Shown: positions 40,134 through 53,275 of the stretch, piece by piece
Position numbering within the stretch: the first letter of the stretch is position 1
How the letters are laid out: the number at the start of each line of letters is the position of its first letter
NCBI GenBank assembly: GCA_021613535.1
Contig: CP075493.1
Span: 17,670,001 to 17,734,000 of the forward strand
Length of the DNA: 64,000 nucleotides
Reading direction: 5' to 3'
Source: Adineta vaga
Lineage: Eukaryota > Animalia > Rotifera
Program-made: the position numbers and the translations under genes
The notes under the pieces: model-generated
The model's input: only the letters and a program-made list of their open reading frames with translations
Told to the model about the DNA's origin: nothing
Databases searched by the model: none

Positions 40134-40987
40134 GAAAAATATTTTATTATTTGAAAATTAATTATACAATTTAATAGAATTGTTTTATAATGATTATTCA
40201 AAGATTTCAATCTGAATAAAATAATCCTATTGACTATTTCATAATTGATTACAAATATCATACGCACTTTTATTCAAAATAATGAATATATTCAAAAAAG
40301 TAATATAATAGAGCTTCGTTTTTATCCAATATATTATTGGTAATCGTGTTCATTTTATCTGAAGTTTGATGATGATCTTTTATTTAAAAAAATTTTTATA
40401 TCATCTATCATAAATGACGTGTTGAGAGATTAAAATATTCTAGTAATATAAAAGTTCTCAAACTCTTTGTTAGCAAAACTAGTGTCATATACAATACATT
40501 AATATCTATTGTATATGTTGAATATAATCTCGTTTTCTTTGATAAAAATCACGTAGTAGACAAGATCAAATATTCATCTATTTGTATATTTATAATTATT
40601 GTGAGAATTATGAATACGTTTTCTCATGCAGAAAGAAAGTAAGTTTCTTTCGCAATAGAGGATATAGCCTGTGTAAAAATAACTGAATTTTAATCGATTT
40701 TTTATATGAATAGCAATGTTTACGTTGTGTTATTTGTCTATATTCATGACAAACACATAAAGACCTGATTTATAATATCTGAAATTGATATCATTTGTAT
40801 TTATTCATAATATGTCATGATTTGTTACGGATGCAAATTCTATCACATATATTTAATGTATTTAAATTAATAAGAAAAGTTCTTACTTATTCACAATAGT
40901 ATTCTATGTGTCAGAGTGAATGTAAATGATGTTATATAATATGATAATATAATTGTAATCTTTTTCTTCTGTCGATTCAGATTGAAT

Positions 40988-41620
40988 ATGGTAAACAGTT
41001 GTCTTTGTATCAATACCTATAATTTAGTATATTTATCTCTTTTACTTTTGATAATGAATGAAAGCTATTCATTTTACTTAATATATCATACTGAAGATAG
41101 TCCATCAGTAGACTTTTATGATTGTGTCTACTATCTTAGTGAACAATCTTCCGTTAAATATTGTCAACGATTATCGACTGGAATTCGTTTGAATCGAAAT
41201 GAAAAGCAACAAGGAAATTGTTTCAATAATGGTCATCAAATATCGTTCAAACAATTACGTCAATCGAAAGTTAAACCGAATGATTTATTTGGATATAGTG
41301 TAAGTATTGAACAGGCTGATAAATATGCTTCTTATCTAGCAACTGTAACAAATATATCAGATGAAAATAACAGTATACTATGTATGTGTATTAAACAAAA
41401 CACTTTTGGAAAGTATTGTGAATATCAAGGCAATCTCGCTGAATTTTCTGATGAGATAAAAAGACAATCATATATGAAGATGACTAATTGGTATAAATAT
41501 CATTGGTATGGAAAACTACAATGCTATGAAACAGTTTCATGTGATTCAGGTTTACGATGTTTAAATTGGCAAGATATTTGTGATCAGAAACAACAATGTA
41601 TGTTTGGTATTGATGAAGAG
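40988..41620 (+). pseudogene. 5' fragment of an LDLa/EGF-GPCR gene, truncated
   Basis: FYDCVYY, C.C...TFGKYCEY and CLNWQDICDQKQQCMFGIDEE (first LDLa), homologous to the start of the 46218 gene; runs directly into the telomeric G-arm. Confidence 0.8.
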
Positions 41621-41821
41621 GGTGGGTGTGGGTGTGGGTGGGTGTGGGTGTGTGTGGGTGGGTGGGTGTGGGTGTGGGTGTGGGTGTGGGTGTGGGTGGG
41701 TGTGGGTTAAGAATATAGCCTGATTCGCACCCACACCCACACCCACCCACACCCACACCCACACCCACACCCACACCCACACCCACACCCACACCCACAC
41801 CCTCACCCACACCCACACCCT
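41620..41821. repeat. Largest telomeric-repeat hairpin
   Basis: ~88-nt (GGGTGT/GGGT)n arm, 21-nt loop taagaatatagcctgattcgc, ~93-nt (ACCCAC)n arm. Confidence 0.95.
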
Positions 41822-42058
41822 GGCTTTCGGCGATTTTTCGATAAAAAAACTGCTGAAATTTCTGAAAACCGTTTCGAAAAAAGAGGGACTTCTAATAAGG
41901 AGGCGGTTTACTAGAAAACCCAAAAGCACATATAAAAATCCTGACAGAGCAAAAGTTCAATGGGCAAAGCCTTATCAATCAAAAATTACAATGGGCAAAC
42001 CTTAAATTGAAATGGGCAATTGCCCATTTGCCCCCCCCCCCCCTTGGTTGCGCCACTG
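41822..42058. mobile_element. Right part of a MITE (CAGTGGCG terminus); left end lost
   Basis: Ends ...GGGCAATTGCCCATTTG-polyC-TTGGTTGCGCCACTG; AATGGGCAA repeated three times; no matching left terminus. Confidence 0.55.
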
Positions 42059-42534
42059 CTTCCGAATACTTTGAACTACTTTTGTACTTTGCTGTACTTT
42101 TCTACTTCAAGTCTGCCCTTTCGCCCTAGTTAAAGTGACAGATTTAACTATTTTCCTCAATTATTTAACACTTGTCAAGAATTTTTATAGGAATCCATCG
42201 AATTCCATTTATACTTGTTACATTATATTACCTTAAATAAAACATGTCATTTGAAAAATAACATATATTCAAATAATTGTCAGAACTGTTTTAGGAGTCA
42301 TTATTTTCGTACTCGGTTCCTATCTTTATTCGTACTGATAAAGAGAAAAATTGGTCTAATTATGTGAACAATGACTGAAATAGTATCTCAAACATACATA
42401 AGTTGCAAAATCATGAATAATGAGCTCAATCCAAAAGTTCAAAATCAATTTTTTTAGTTAGATTGAATTTTTGTTTTACAATAAAAACCTCATGATTTAA
42501 ATAAATAACTTTTTCGAGAAAAAAGTTCTAAGTA

Positions 42535-44140
42535 GTATATATTAATATTAAAAAAGATAAATCGGAACATTATTGGTTAGTAAATTTAAAAGGTACAGAT
42601 ATTGGTGAAAGTTGTGGAATTGCATTTGGAAGTTTACTTGCTGATATGGCCGAATATACACAAGCATTGAAATTTTATGAACGATTATTATCTGAGAATA
42701 GTGATGAAGATCACGCTAAGATTTTTCATGGAATTGGTACCGTTTATTCATCGAGACGATATTTTGATAAAGCTATTGAGAATCTTACACATTCTTATTA
42801 ATTAATGATTAATGCTGATCCACAACGTGTGGAAGAATCGACAGTTGTCTTGAATAGCTTAGGAAATGTATATACATCAAAAGGTGAATATGATAAAGTT
42901 ATTATTCATTTTTTAGAAGCTTTAATGAATAGAAGACGATTATTTGATGATCAATTATTTAACATAGATGCTGATATTATGTCGAATATTGGTAATGTTT
43001 ATTTTTTAGAAGGAAAAGATTATCATATCGCTTTAGATTATGACTTAAAAGCGTTCGAGATCCAAGAAACTTGTTATCCTTCTAATCATGCTATTATAGC
43101 TAATGCTCTTCATAACATAGCTAATTGTTATGCCACAAAGAAAGATTATCATCAAGCATTAAAATATTTTAATGATAGTTAGGTTATAAAAACACAAATT
43201 CTTCCATCTAAACATGTGGATATAGCTGCTACTCTAACAAATATAGATTCTATCTATTATAAAATGAATAAATTAGATCAATCATTAAGTTATTTTACAA
43301 AATCTGAGGAAATATACAAAGCGACTTTTCCAAATGGGCATCTTAATACTTGAATATGTTTAACTGGTATAGCTGATGTTTACTATTCACAAAACGATTA
43401 TGATGAAGCCTTGAACTATTTTGAAAAAGCGCTTGAAATAAATGAATTATTTCTACCAATTATTAATAGTAATATAGCAGATAATTTAATTAATATTGCT
43501 AATGTATTAGTCAATCAAAACAAACAAGAAGATGCTTTAATTTATCGAATACTTTCCTTGATCATAGAAGAAAGATTATATCCAAATGGAAATATTACAA
43601 TGCTAAGCAATTTGAATAAAATAGCCGAAATATATTTTGAAAATATTAATAATTATCAAATGTTTGAATACTGATCAAGTTGATTCAGATACAATAGCAA
43701 ATAATTTATGTAATATTGCGATGGCATTCATGTTGAAGGGTCAAATAGATTTATCATTAACTTATCATCTTCGTGCTCTTCACAAACGATATGAAATTTT
43801 CCCCGATGGACGTTTTAGTCTTTGTATAAGTCTTAAACATACAGCAAATTTATTTCATTTGAAAAACGAACATGCACTTGCTCTCCAATATTATGAAAAA
43901 GCTTTAGTTATGTATCAAAAACTTTTTTCTGACACATATCAAAACAATTATCATGTTGGCGAAATTTTTTTTAATATGAGTAATATTTATACACTTCAAG
44001 ATAATTGACAACTTGCTCAACAATATGCCGAGAAAGCTTTGAATATATTTTGTAATACTACTGTTCCAGAACATTCTAGTCGAATTGCAGCTGAACAAAA
44101 CCTTGCTGAAATAAAACAACAAATGAAGTCCTATTTATAA
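42535..44140 (+). pseudogene. TPR-repeat gene remnant (probable ART-TPR C-terminal part)
   Basis: Many TPRs (LNSLGNVY, LHNIANCY, ALNYFEKAL); in-frame TAG at 43180 and TGA at 43351; frameshift near 43660; 5' part missing. Confidence 0.8.
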
Positions 44141-44362
44141 TACTTATATATCAATTGTTGTGAACGTTTACAAGTTCAGAATTATCATATACAAATTTAA
44201 AGATAACTTTGTGTATATGTATTTATGAGTATCATTTGTATCACAGACATCCGAGGGTAATTTACACGTATTAATGAATTTTTTTATATTTATATTAAAT
44301 ATTGAGATGAAAATAACATCGTTTATTGGAATATTTAAATATATTATGATATTTTTAGATTA

Positions 44363-45672
44363 CCCATGTTTTCGATTGCGATGAAATTGCGACGCAATTG
44401 CGGCGCAACTGCGATCGCACTGTGACCCGCAATTGTGAAAAATTGCGACGCAAATGCGCGCAATTGCGGCAAAAAAATCGCAGTTGCGCCGCAATTGCGA
44501 CGCAATGACCGCATTGTTCTGAATTCATATTTCGACACTATTCTGATCACTATTACGTTAACAATTGTTGGTAAAAGTACCCAACTTAGTAGCAACTATA
44601 ATATAGTACCTCATATTTATTAAACACATAGAAAAGTACACCAAATGTGCAATAAAAATACGTTTTATCAGCAGAATAATATATAAAAGACGGTGAATGC
44701 TAGTGAGGGTGCCCTTTTTTGTGATTAGTACACCCATTCTACCTCACCAATCACCCACCGACGACACTCGCCTATGACTCGCCGGCAATACTTACTTACC
44801 TAACACTCATCACTGGAAAAACTCGCATCTCTAACGTCATTGGCGAGAGGAAACAACATCTCAAACCTGATTGGTCGAAAAAATTACTTATTTTTTTCAG
44901 ATAATTCATCAGGGACATCCACCTACTTCTCATTCATCACTCATTACATGAAAAACTAGCATCTTAAACCTCATTTACGCGAAAAAAACAGCATCTCAAA
45001 TCTGATTGGTGGATAAAAAATGACTCATCTTTCAGATAACTCATCAGGGACATGCACCTGCTTATCACCCACCACTCATTACATGAAAAACTAGCATCTT
45101 AAACCTCATTTACGCGAAAAAACAGCATCTCATATCTGATTGGTCGACAAAAAAAATGACTCATCCTCGAGATGACTCATCGTATAGGTGACTCATATAT
45201 ATATTTAGTACCACTTACCTTTCGAAATTGACAGCTGAAATATTGAGTGATGTGGTAGTTAAAATTTGAAAAAATGAACTTAAATGGCTGTTACATCTCC
45301 TTTTATACCTATCAACGATGATAATCGTTATGATTCAAAATCATCCAATAGATAAGCTAGGCGATTGCGGTAACTGCGGCGCAACTGCGATCGCAAATTT
45401 GTCACAGTAAGCGCAGTATCATTGATGTGACTGACTGCGATAACTGCGACGCATTTACGATCGCATCTGCGCCGCAGTTACCGCAGTATTATTTATATAT
45501 CCCTGATTGTGGTAACTGCGGCGCAGATGCGATCGCAATTGCGTCGCAATTACCGCAACACTATTTATATATCTCTGATTGCGCAGACTGCGACGCAATT
45601 ACGCGCAATTGCGTCGCAAAAAGACCAATGCGCGCAATTGCGACGCAATGCTTAAAAAAGAGGTGACATGGG
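44363..45672. mobile_element. Non-autonomous CMC-like element (CCC...GGG, 2-bp TA TSD)
   Basis: TA-CCCATGT...ACATGGG-TA; both subterminal regions full of GCAATTGC and TGCGNCGCA palindromes; internal ~135-bp tandem units. Confidence 0.8.
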
Positions 45673-46217
45673 TAACAATAAATTCAAGTAAATGTTTATT
45701 TTTTAACTTTTACTTGTTATATTAATACTTGTTGAGAAATAAATCTAGTAATATCGATAAAGATCTTCTACGTATTATAATTCTATCAAATACACGTTGT
45801 TAATCTGTTTTGTATTGAATAAACTTGATTGATCATTATCAACATCACATTTATTTTGAATATAAAATTAATAGAACGAAATTAACAATATCTTGAAGAT
45901 GAATGTAGATTAGACTCGTGATTAATATCCACATCTATACATCTTCAAGATTTTTCTAGAAGAAAGTCATTCATAAAACTCAACAGCCCGACATTTTTAT
46001 ATATTTTTTTAATGATTTAACAACGTAATATTGACTACGATGAAATCATCCAGTAGTTTTATTTGATCAGGTTGAATAAAATGCGTAGAATAGATGAAAG
46101 AAATAATTTCAAACACGTTGAACAAACTGTCACGTTTTTATATATATAATTCCATCTATGATTTAACAACATCGCATTTTTTCTGAAACACATCCCAGTA
46201 AGATGAAATACATTTAG

Positions 46218-49200
46218 ATGATCGTTATTCGATATATTCTGATATTTTTCTTAAAAATTTCTGTCAATGAATATTTCCATTTATATAATACAATTGTATC
46301 AAATAATCCTGATGATCGAAATTGTCTATATGCAATTACATCGAATGAAGATTCAATAGAATATCAATTGATATCCTATTGTATGAGAAGTAATCTTTCA
46401 AATATCGATGAAAGTGATAAACAATGTAATGAAGATGGAAATTATACGTTTGAAGAATTAAAATCTCAAGGTATTCGTAGTTCGGATTTATTTAATTGGA
46501 ACACACCAATTGATACAATGAATAATTATGAAAAATATCTTTTGGAAAACAATTAATTTTTATCGAATATGATTTTTTGTAACTGTACAGGTAAAATTCT
46601 CATTGTTTAATGTCTGAATTTTGTTTAATTTCATTTTGTAGAGAATTGGTTTGGTCCATTTTGTCAATATGAAATAGTGGATCCCGATGAGAAGAATGGT
46701 TTTCTAAGACCACCATTGTTTTATATAATTAATGAGCAACTGACTGCTCAAAATCGATTAAGTCTTTATTTCGACGTTATTAAGAATATTTCATTATCAA
46801 CATGTTATGAAGGTATTCAATGTCATTCAATAATATGTCTTGATTGGAGAGAAATTTGTAATGGAATTTCTAATTGTGAATATGGTGAAGATGAACCTGA
46901 AGAATGTTTTCAACTTGAATTAAATCAATGTCAATCAGATGAATATCGTTGTCAATCTGGTCATTGTATTCCGAAAGTATTTCTTGTTGATTTTTATCCT
47001 GATTGTATGGATCAAAGTGATGAAATGGTACTATATGAAAATGCATATTATTCAAATTGTTATGCATCATTTAAGTCACCATTGATGTGGGATATGCATA
47101 TTTGTCCTTTAGGAACATTCTCATGTGGTGATGGAGAATGTTCATCATTGCCATTACATTCGCCTTCATGCGCTAATGGTCGTGATCTTTGCTTTCTTGA
47201 ACAAATCTATCGTTCAAGTTTAACGTTAGTAAATGAAAATTTTACTATGGATTGTTGGTTATTATTGATGTGTTCAACTCCCGGTTACACTTGGGATTTT
47301 GTACAATATTTTTTAGATTTTAATTGCGAGAAATATGATACAAACGATACAGAACTTTATAATCAATTTTGTCCTTTTCTATTCGAATTCCAAAATCATA
47401 AAAATATTTATTATCCATTTGTTCGCTTTTTCTATGATCGTCATATAGATTCATCAATTTCTTATGAAAATCCCACGTATTATTGTTTTAATCGAAGTTA
47501 TTGTAAGAATTTTCCAATTGACAATGTCATTTTAATTAATGGTTTAACATGTTTTCAAAAGCAACAAGAATCTATCTGGCATGATGATCTTCTCGCTTTA
47601 CAACGGATATTTTCCTCGTGCCATTCTTCTCATACATTAGATATTGAAAAACAACATCAATTATTTTATTGCAATAGAACAAGAAAATATATATCAGAAG
47701 AGAGAATTAATGATGGTATTATTGATTGTTATTATGAAGAAGATGAATTCAAAGAAATAAATTTACAAATTAAATTAAAACTTAACTTAACAATTCTTTT
47801 AGAATGTCTTCATAGTACGAATTGGAGTTTAAGAGTTTTAACTAGTGATAGTGATTGTCTAAATAAATCTGATACATGGAACATATTTTCACAGAATACT
47901 TATGTACCAACTAATAGTAAAATGTATCGTGAACTGTATCGTCGTTCAATTTATTATGAATTTGATGAAAATTGTAATGGAGAAGAGAAATTAAAGATAC
48001 CGATTGAAAATGAAACCGATGAAACGAGTTGTGATCAATGGCCTAAATATCGTTTATGTAATGGAGTTTAGGATTTGAAAAATGGTGAAGATGAATTAAA
48101 TTGTTCATCAACACCAGATTCTTATATAGGACAAACTGTTTTTAAATGTAATATTAATGAACATTATTGTGTATTTAGGAATGGAACAAATGGTTGTTTA
48201 GATAAAAAATATGCTGGTGATAAGTATTGTCATTGTTTAGCATGTACTGATGAAAGACAAGTTGGAACAAAACTTCATTACGAGGCAATACTTCATTGTA
48301 GTGATGGAGCGTTTTACTCACCCGTTAGGCTATGTGATTCAATAAGAGATTGTCTTGATAATGAAGATGAATTAATTTGTCCATGGTTCATAAATAGAAC
48401 AAGAGATAGACTGAGGAAATTTTCTTGTAAAAATGGTACAATTATCTATCGATCATTACATTGTGATGAAAAGATTGATTGTCAACCGGATGCTGAAGAT
48501 GAATGGTTTTGTGGAGTAACATTTGAAAACTACGGATATGATTTATTAGATTATATTCAAGAACATCCTCAAACTATCATCAATATTTCTACTAAAAACC
48601 ATTTTATTTCAAATTTATATAATTCAGGTAGAATTTTCTAATTGATTCATATGTTATATTTGTTTATTGTTAGATAAAATGCTATTTATAGAAGAAACAT
48701 CATTTAAGAAGAAAAGAATGTCATGGATTGATAATATGCTCAAAAAACGGTATTGTAATCGTGGTCTTATGATAAAAAAACGTTTTAATGAAACTTTTCA
48801 ATGTTTATGTCCATCGAGTTATTATGGTTTAAGATGTGAATATCAATCTGAAAGAATCTTAATAACTATTCAAATGGATATTCCAATTAATTTAAAACGA
48901 AATCAAAATCAACAAGAAACTTTTCTTCGATTAATTACTTGTTTAATGTTCAATGGAACTTGTCTTTATTATGAATATATTACATATAAAGGTTCTATGA
49001 AACACAATATCTATTTAACTTATCCTCGTCCACCACCGAAATCAATACATGAAAACTGGTCAATACGAATCGATATTTATTATGTTAATCAATATAATGT
49101 TGATTATAAAGCATCATGGTTATATTATATTCAATATTCATTTCTTCCATTTAATCGATTAGTATTATATTTAATTTTAAATGATCCAAAATCTTGTAAT

Positions 49201-51135
49201 ACATTAAATTGTATTCATGGATATTGTCAAAGATATTTAAATTATCCTTATCATACTTTTTGTCATTGTCATCAACATTGGTCTGGTTCACAATGTGATA
49301 CAAATATGATTTGTCCTTGTGTTCAAGGTGGAAAATGTCTTTCACAGTCTTCAAAACCCTTTTGTATTTGTCCATTGGGTCGTTTAGGAGAAACTTGTCA
49401 TGGATGGTTTAATCCATGTAAAACTCTTCAATGTTTAAATGGTGGAATATGTATTCCATTCGATGAACGAGAACAGATTAAATATCAATGTATTTGTCCA
49501 GATGGTTATTCAGGACGTAATTGTGAAAATATTCAAAATGAAATTCTTATACAATTTTCATCAAGTTTTCTATCGAATTATTATCTGAAATCTTTTGCAA
49601 TACTTATTCATATTCTTTCTTTACCGCATTCTTCTCCAATGAATATTCTCTCCACTAAAGATCGTTTCTTTATCAATTCATTATCATTTAATCAATCATT
49701 GAAAATTTTCTATGAAAAACAAAACTTTATTTCATTATTTGTTATTATTCAAATGTATAGTGAACATAATCAAATGGATTTTTATGTTACTGTTATTAGA
49801 AAACAACCTAATGAAAATATCGTAACAATTATTTCTCCAGAAGATCAACTTATTTATGCTGATCAATTACTTGAAAATAAAAAAATTGAAAAATATTCCT
49901 GGATAAAAAAAGTGAAATATTATCATTATATTTGTCAGTTAAAAAGTAATTTAAAATATTTTCTTGATGAAAATTATTTATGTTTTTGTGATTCATATGG
50001 TCATGTATATTGTGCTATTTTTCTTCGAGATTTAAGTGAATGTTCAATAAATTATTGTCAAAATAATGGACAATGTATTTCAAATAATATAAATGGATAT
50101 TGGGATTTTCGTTGTATTTGTCAATCTTGTACATTTGGTTCACTTTGTCAATTAACAATAACAGAATTTACATTATCATTAGATATAATGATTGGTCGTG
50201 ATATTCTTGAAAATACTCCAATAAAACATCAACCATTTTTAATTAAAATAACAATTATTGTTCTTATTTTAATGTTTATTTTAGGGTTAATCTTTAATAC
50301 ATTATCTTTTCTAACATTAAAACAAGAAAAAGTACGACAAATTGGTTGTGGAATTTATTTATATTATTTACCATTTATCGGTCAATTTGGTTTATTAATT
50401 CTTCTTGGAAGATTTATTTATTTATTAATAACACAAATTTATCCTGTTGAATATCGAACAGTAACATATTGGTCTTGTGTTAGTTTAGAATATTTTCTAA
50501 ATTTGTGCCCAATATTATTTGATTGGTTAATTACATTTATATCATTAGAAAGACTTGTTAATATAATTCAAGGTGTTTCTTTTAATAAACGAAAAAGTGT
50601 TATTTGGGCTAAACGTATTATTTTCATTTTAATAATAATAATTCTAATTAGTTCATGGCATGAATTTTTCAGTCATCAATTAATTGATGATCCACGTAAT
50701 GAAATTATTCATACATGGTGTGTTGTTATATTTCATTGGTCATGGATCAAATATTATCGATTAATGTTGAATTTATTTCATCTTTTTATTCCTTGTATTA
50801 TTCAATTATTTTCAACAATTATTCTTTTACATAAATCAACAAAATTAAAACAAAGTTTAAGTAAACAAGAAGATAAAAAGAAATATTTTCATTATTTTAA
50901 ACAACAACTTCCTTTTTATGGAATTCCAATAATATTAATTCTTTTCAGTATGATTCGATTGATTTTTTCATTTACATTAATTTGTATTATTCATTTATGG
51001 CAAAAATATCTTTATTTAATGGCTTATTTTATTTCATTTTTTCCTTTAATGGCTACTTTTCCTATTTTAATCTTGCCAGCAAAGATTTATCGAGATGAAT
51101 TTATAAACATGATAAAAAGACTATGTCGAAAATGA
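46218..51135 (+). pseudogene. Full-length LDLa + EGF + rhodopsin-like 7TM receptor gene with two nonsense codons
   Basis: Signal peptide, LDLa repeats (CQSDEYRCQSGHCIP), EGF repeats (CLNGGIC..CICPDGYSGRNCE), 7TM with SLERL; introns near 46591-46641 and 48628-48673; in-frame TAA at 46554 and TAG at 48069. Confidence 0.85.
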
Positions 51136-51248
51136 GAACAATCATTTAATTAAAATAACAATTACGCTTTAAAGAGTATTACTTTGATGATACGATGGAT
51201 ATTTCTGTCTTGGACAATAACTTTTTCGAGTAATTACATATTTCCATG

Positions 51249-51407
51249 CAAGGTGGAAAGAACGGAATCCAGAATCCTAGAATCCAAAATAATCTCAAGG
51301 AATTCCATGGGCTCCTAAGGAATTCTATAGAATCTAAGAGAATCCACTGGAATCTATCGAAATCCTTTGGAATCCAATACTGACCGGATTCCGCTCTTTT
51401 CCCCTTG
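51249..51407. mobile_element. hAT-type MITE, 159 bp
   Basis: Imperfect TIRs CAAGGTGGAAAGAACGGAATCC / GGATTCCGCTCTTTTCCCCTTG; 8-bp TSD TTTCCATG / TTTCCATA; internal GAATC repeats. Confidence 0.8.
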
Positions 51408-51554
51408 TTTCCATATGATTCTCTTTCTTACAACTTATTGTATTTCAAAAAAAAATCCTTCGAAAAAGAATAAATATTATAAAGACAACATTTTTACAAA
51501 CGTGTAAACAACAAAGAAAATCAAATCTGTTTATAGAAATCTTTTATTTGATGA

Positions 51555-52760
51555 TTAATTTGAATTCAATGGTTGAATTTGATTTGTTCGATATTGATAA
51601 GTAATATATTGACGTATTTTCCAATAAATAGTTAAACTATGCCAAACAAAAAACTTTAATCCAATAGTTAAACCACCATATAAACCAAGAAATGTTGTTA
51701 TCATATATAAAATATTATTTCTTGTAACATAACTATATTGACATGATGATGGTGAACAAGATAAATAATAACTTGAATAATTACTTGAATTTTGCCATGT
51801 TTCAATAAATAATTCATCAATCAATTGACCAATTGTAACAGTTGATATTGAATTAAAACGACTTAATACAGATTGATTAAGAACATTTGATATATTATAA
51901 AAATTCATCAATTGATTTAAACATGTTGAATTATAAAAACATTCAAATGTTGATTGACGAAGACTATCAATAGGTAAACAACCAAAATTTAAACCTGGTA
52001 TCTGTGTTGTTTTATTATAACTCGTTAATTGTGATCTAAAACATCGTGATGATAATGTTGTACATAAACAAGATTGATTACTTTCATTAAACCATACTGG
52101 AACTGTTCTTAAAACATAACTCATTTGTGCATTTGATTGAAAAGAATTCCAATTTAAACTAAATTTATGTACTAATTGATTTGCATGAAACATATCAATT
52201 ATATAATGATGTATCCATTGAAAATCTTTTAATAATTGATAAATAAAATTGTCAATAATTGAATTAATTTGAATTTGAAATGAATCATATGTTAATGTTT
52301 TAAGAGTTATTAGTTGTTTTGTTGAAAATATTTTCAAATTTTGTTCAATTTGATTTTTTGTTAATAAACATAATGATGATAATATACGAAATAAACTACT
52401 TAAAACTTTTCTATCATAATTTAATGCAAATTCTACAGGTTCTTCTGTACCCCAAAGTGTTGTAATAAAATCTAATGAAATGAAATGACTTGAACATATT
52501 TGATGATATGTTAATGGTTGAATAGAAACAAATTCTAAATATAATATTGCAATATTTGAACATGGACATGTTAATGTTGATGAATATTTGGATTGTAATT
52601 CTATAAATTTTGATAAACTTGGAGAATTTATTGTTATTAAATTTATTTGAAAAGTAAAAAGAACATAAATTAAAATAATTCCAATAGAAAATAGAAATAA
52701 AATAATATAAATACGAGTTGCAAGACGTTGTTTTTGACTTAATAGAATTTCATCATTTGT
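51555..52760 (-). pseudogene. 3' part of a membrane protein (TM, Cys-rich ectodomain, TM); 5' end cut off by the Helentron
   Basis: ATRIYIILF TM, CPCS, HQICSS.FIS, GCLPIDSL..STFECFYN, CSPSSCQYSY, TTFLGLYGGLT TM; the ORF's N-terminus runs into TE sequence. Confidence 0.7.
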
Positions 52761-52869
52761 TCCCTCGACTGAAAGGAGGGTCATATGAAAAAAATAGTTT
52801 GTATGTGTGTTTGTGTCAGGGTCAAAGGTCAAAGGTCAAAGGTCATAAAATAAGATTTTCTAGTAATCG

Positions 52870-53275
52870 GAATAAAACTTGACCAAAGGGTAATCGAGGT
52901 CAGGGATGACGAATATGATGTTAGTTTTAACTAATTATTAACTAATAATCAACTAATTAGCTAATGAATTATGAATTATGAATATTTTATATAAAACTTG
53001 ACCAAAAGGTAATCAGGGTCGAGGATCACGAATATGATGTTAGTTTTAACTAATTATTAACTAATTAGCTAATGAATTATTAATTATTAATATTTTTCAT
53101 AAAACTTGACCAAAGGGTAATCGAGGTCAGGGATGACGAATATGATGTCAGTTTTAACTAATTATTAACTAATTAGCTAATTAGTTATTAATTATTAATA
53201 TTTTTCATAAAACTTGATCAAAGGGTTTTCCGGGTCGAGGATCACGAATTGGACGTTAGTTTTTACTAATGTTAA
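52870..53275. repeat. Tandem repeat, ~110-bp unit, 4 copies
   Basis: ATAAAACTTGA(C/T)CAAA(G/A)GGT...GTTAGTTTTAACTAATTA recurring at ~52871, 52991, 53099 and 53207. Confidence 0.85.

Noticed and set aside
1425-41821. CRISPR-like repeat-spacer interpretation of the hairpins
   Set aside because: Repeats are inverted and dispersed rather than direct and arrayed; no cas genes; eukaryotic context
41484-41929. ORFs with GV/WV/HP/PT dipeptide repeats
   Set aside because: Translations of the telomeric repeat arms; the same applies to the ORFs at 14405, 15417, 17372 and 29894
44344-45666. Short Cys/Ala-rich ORFs (44344, 44435, 45427)
   Set aside because: They arise from GC-rich subterminal palindromes of the non-autonomous element
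46554-48071. Stop-codon readthrough or alternative genetic code
   Set aside because: All three stop types occur in-frame across the pseudogenes, several of which also have frameshifts, while intact genes need no reassignment
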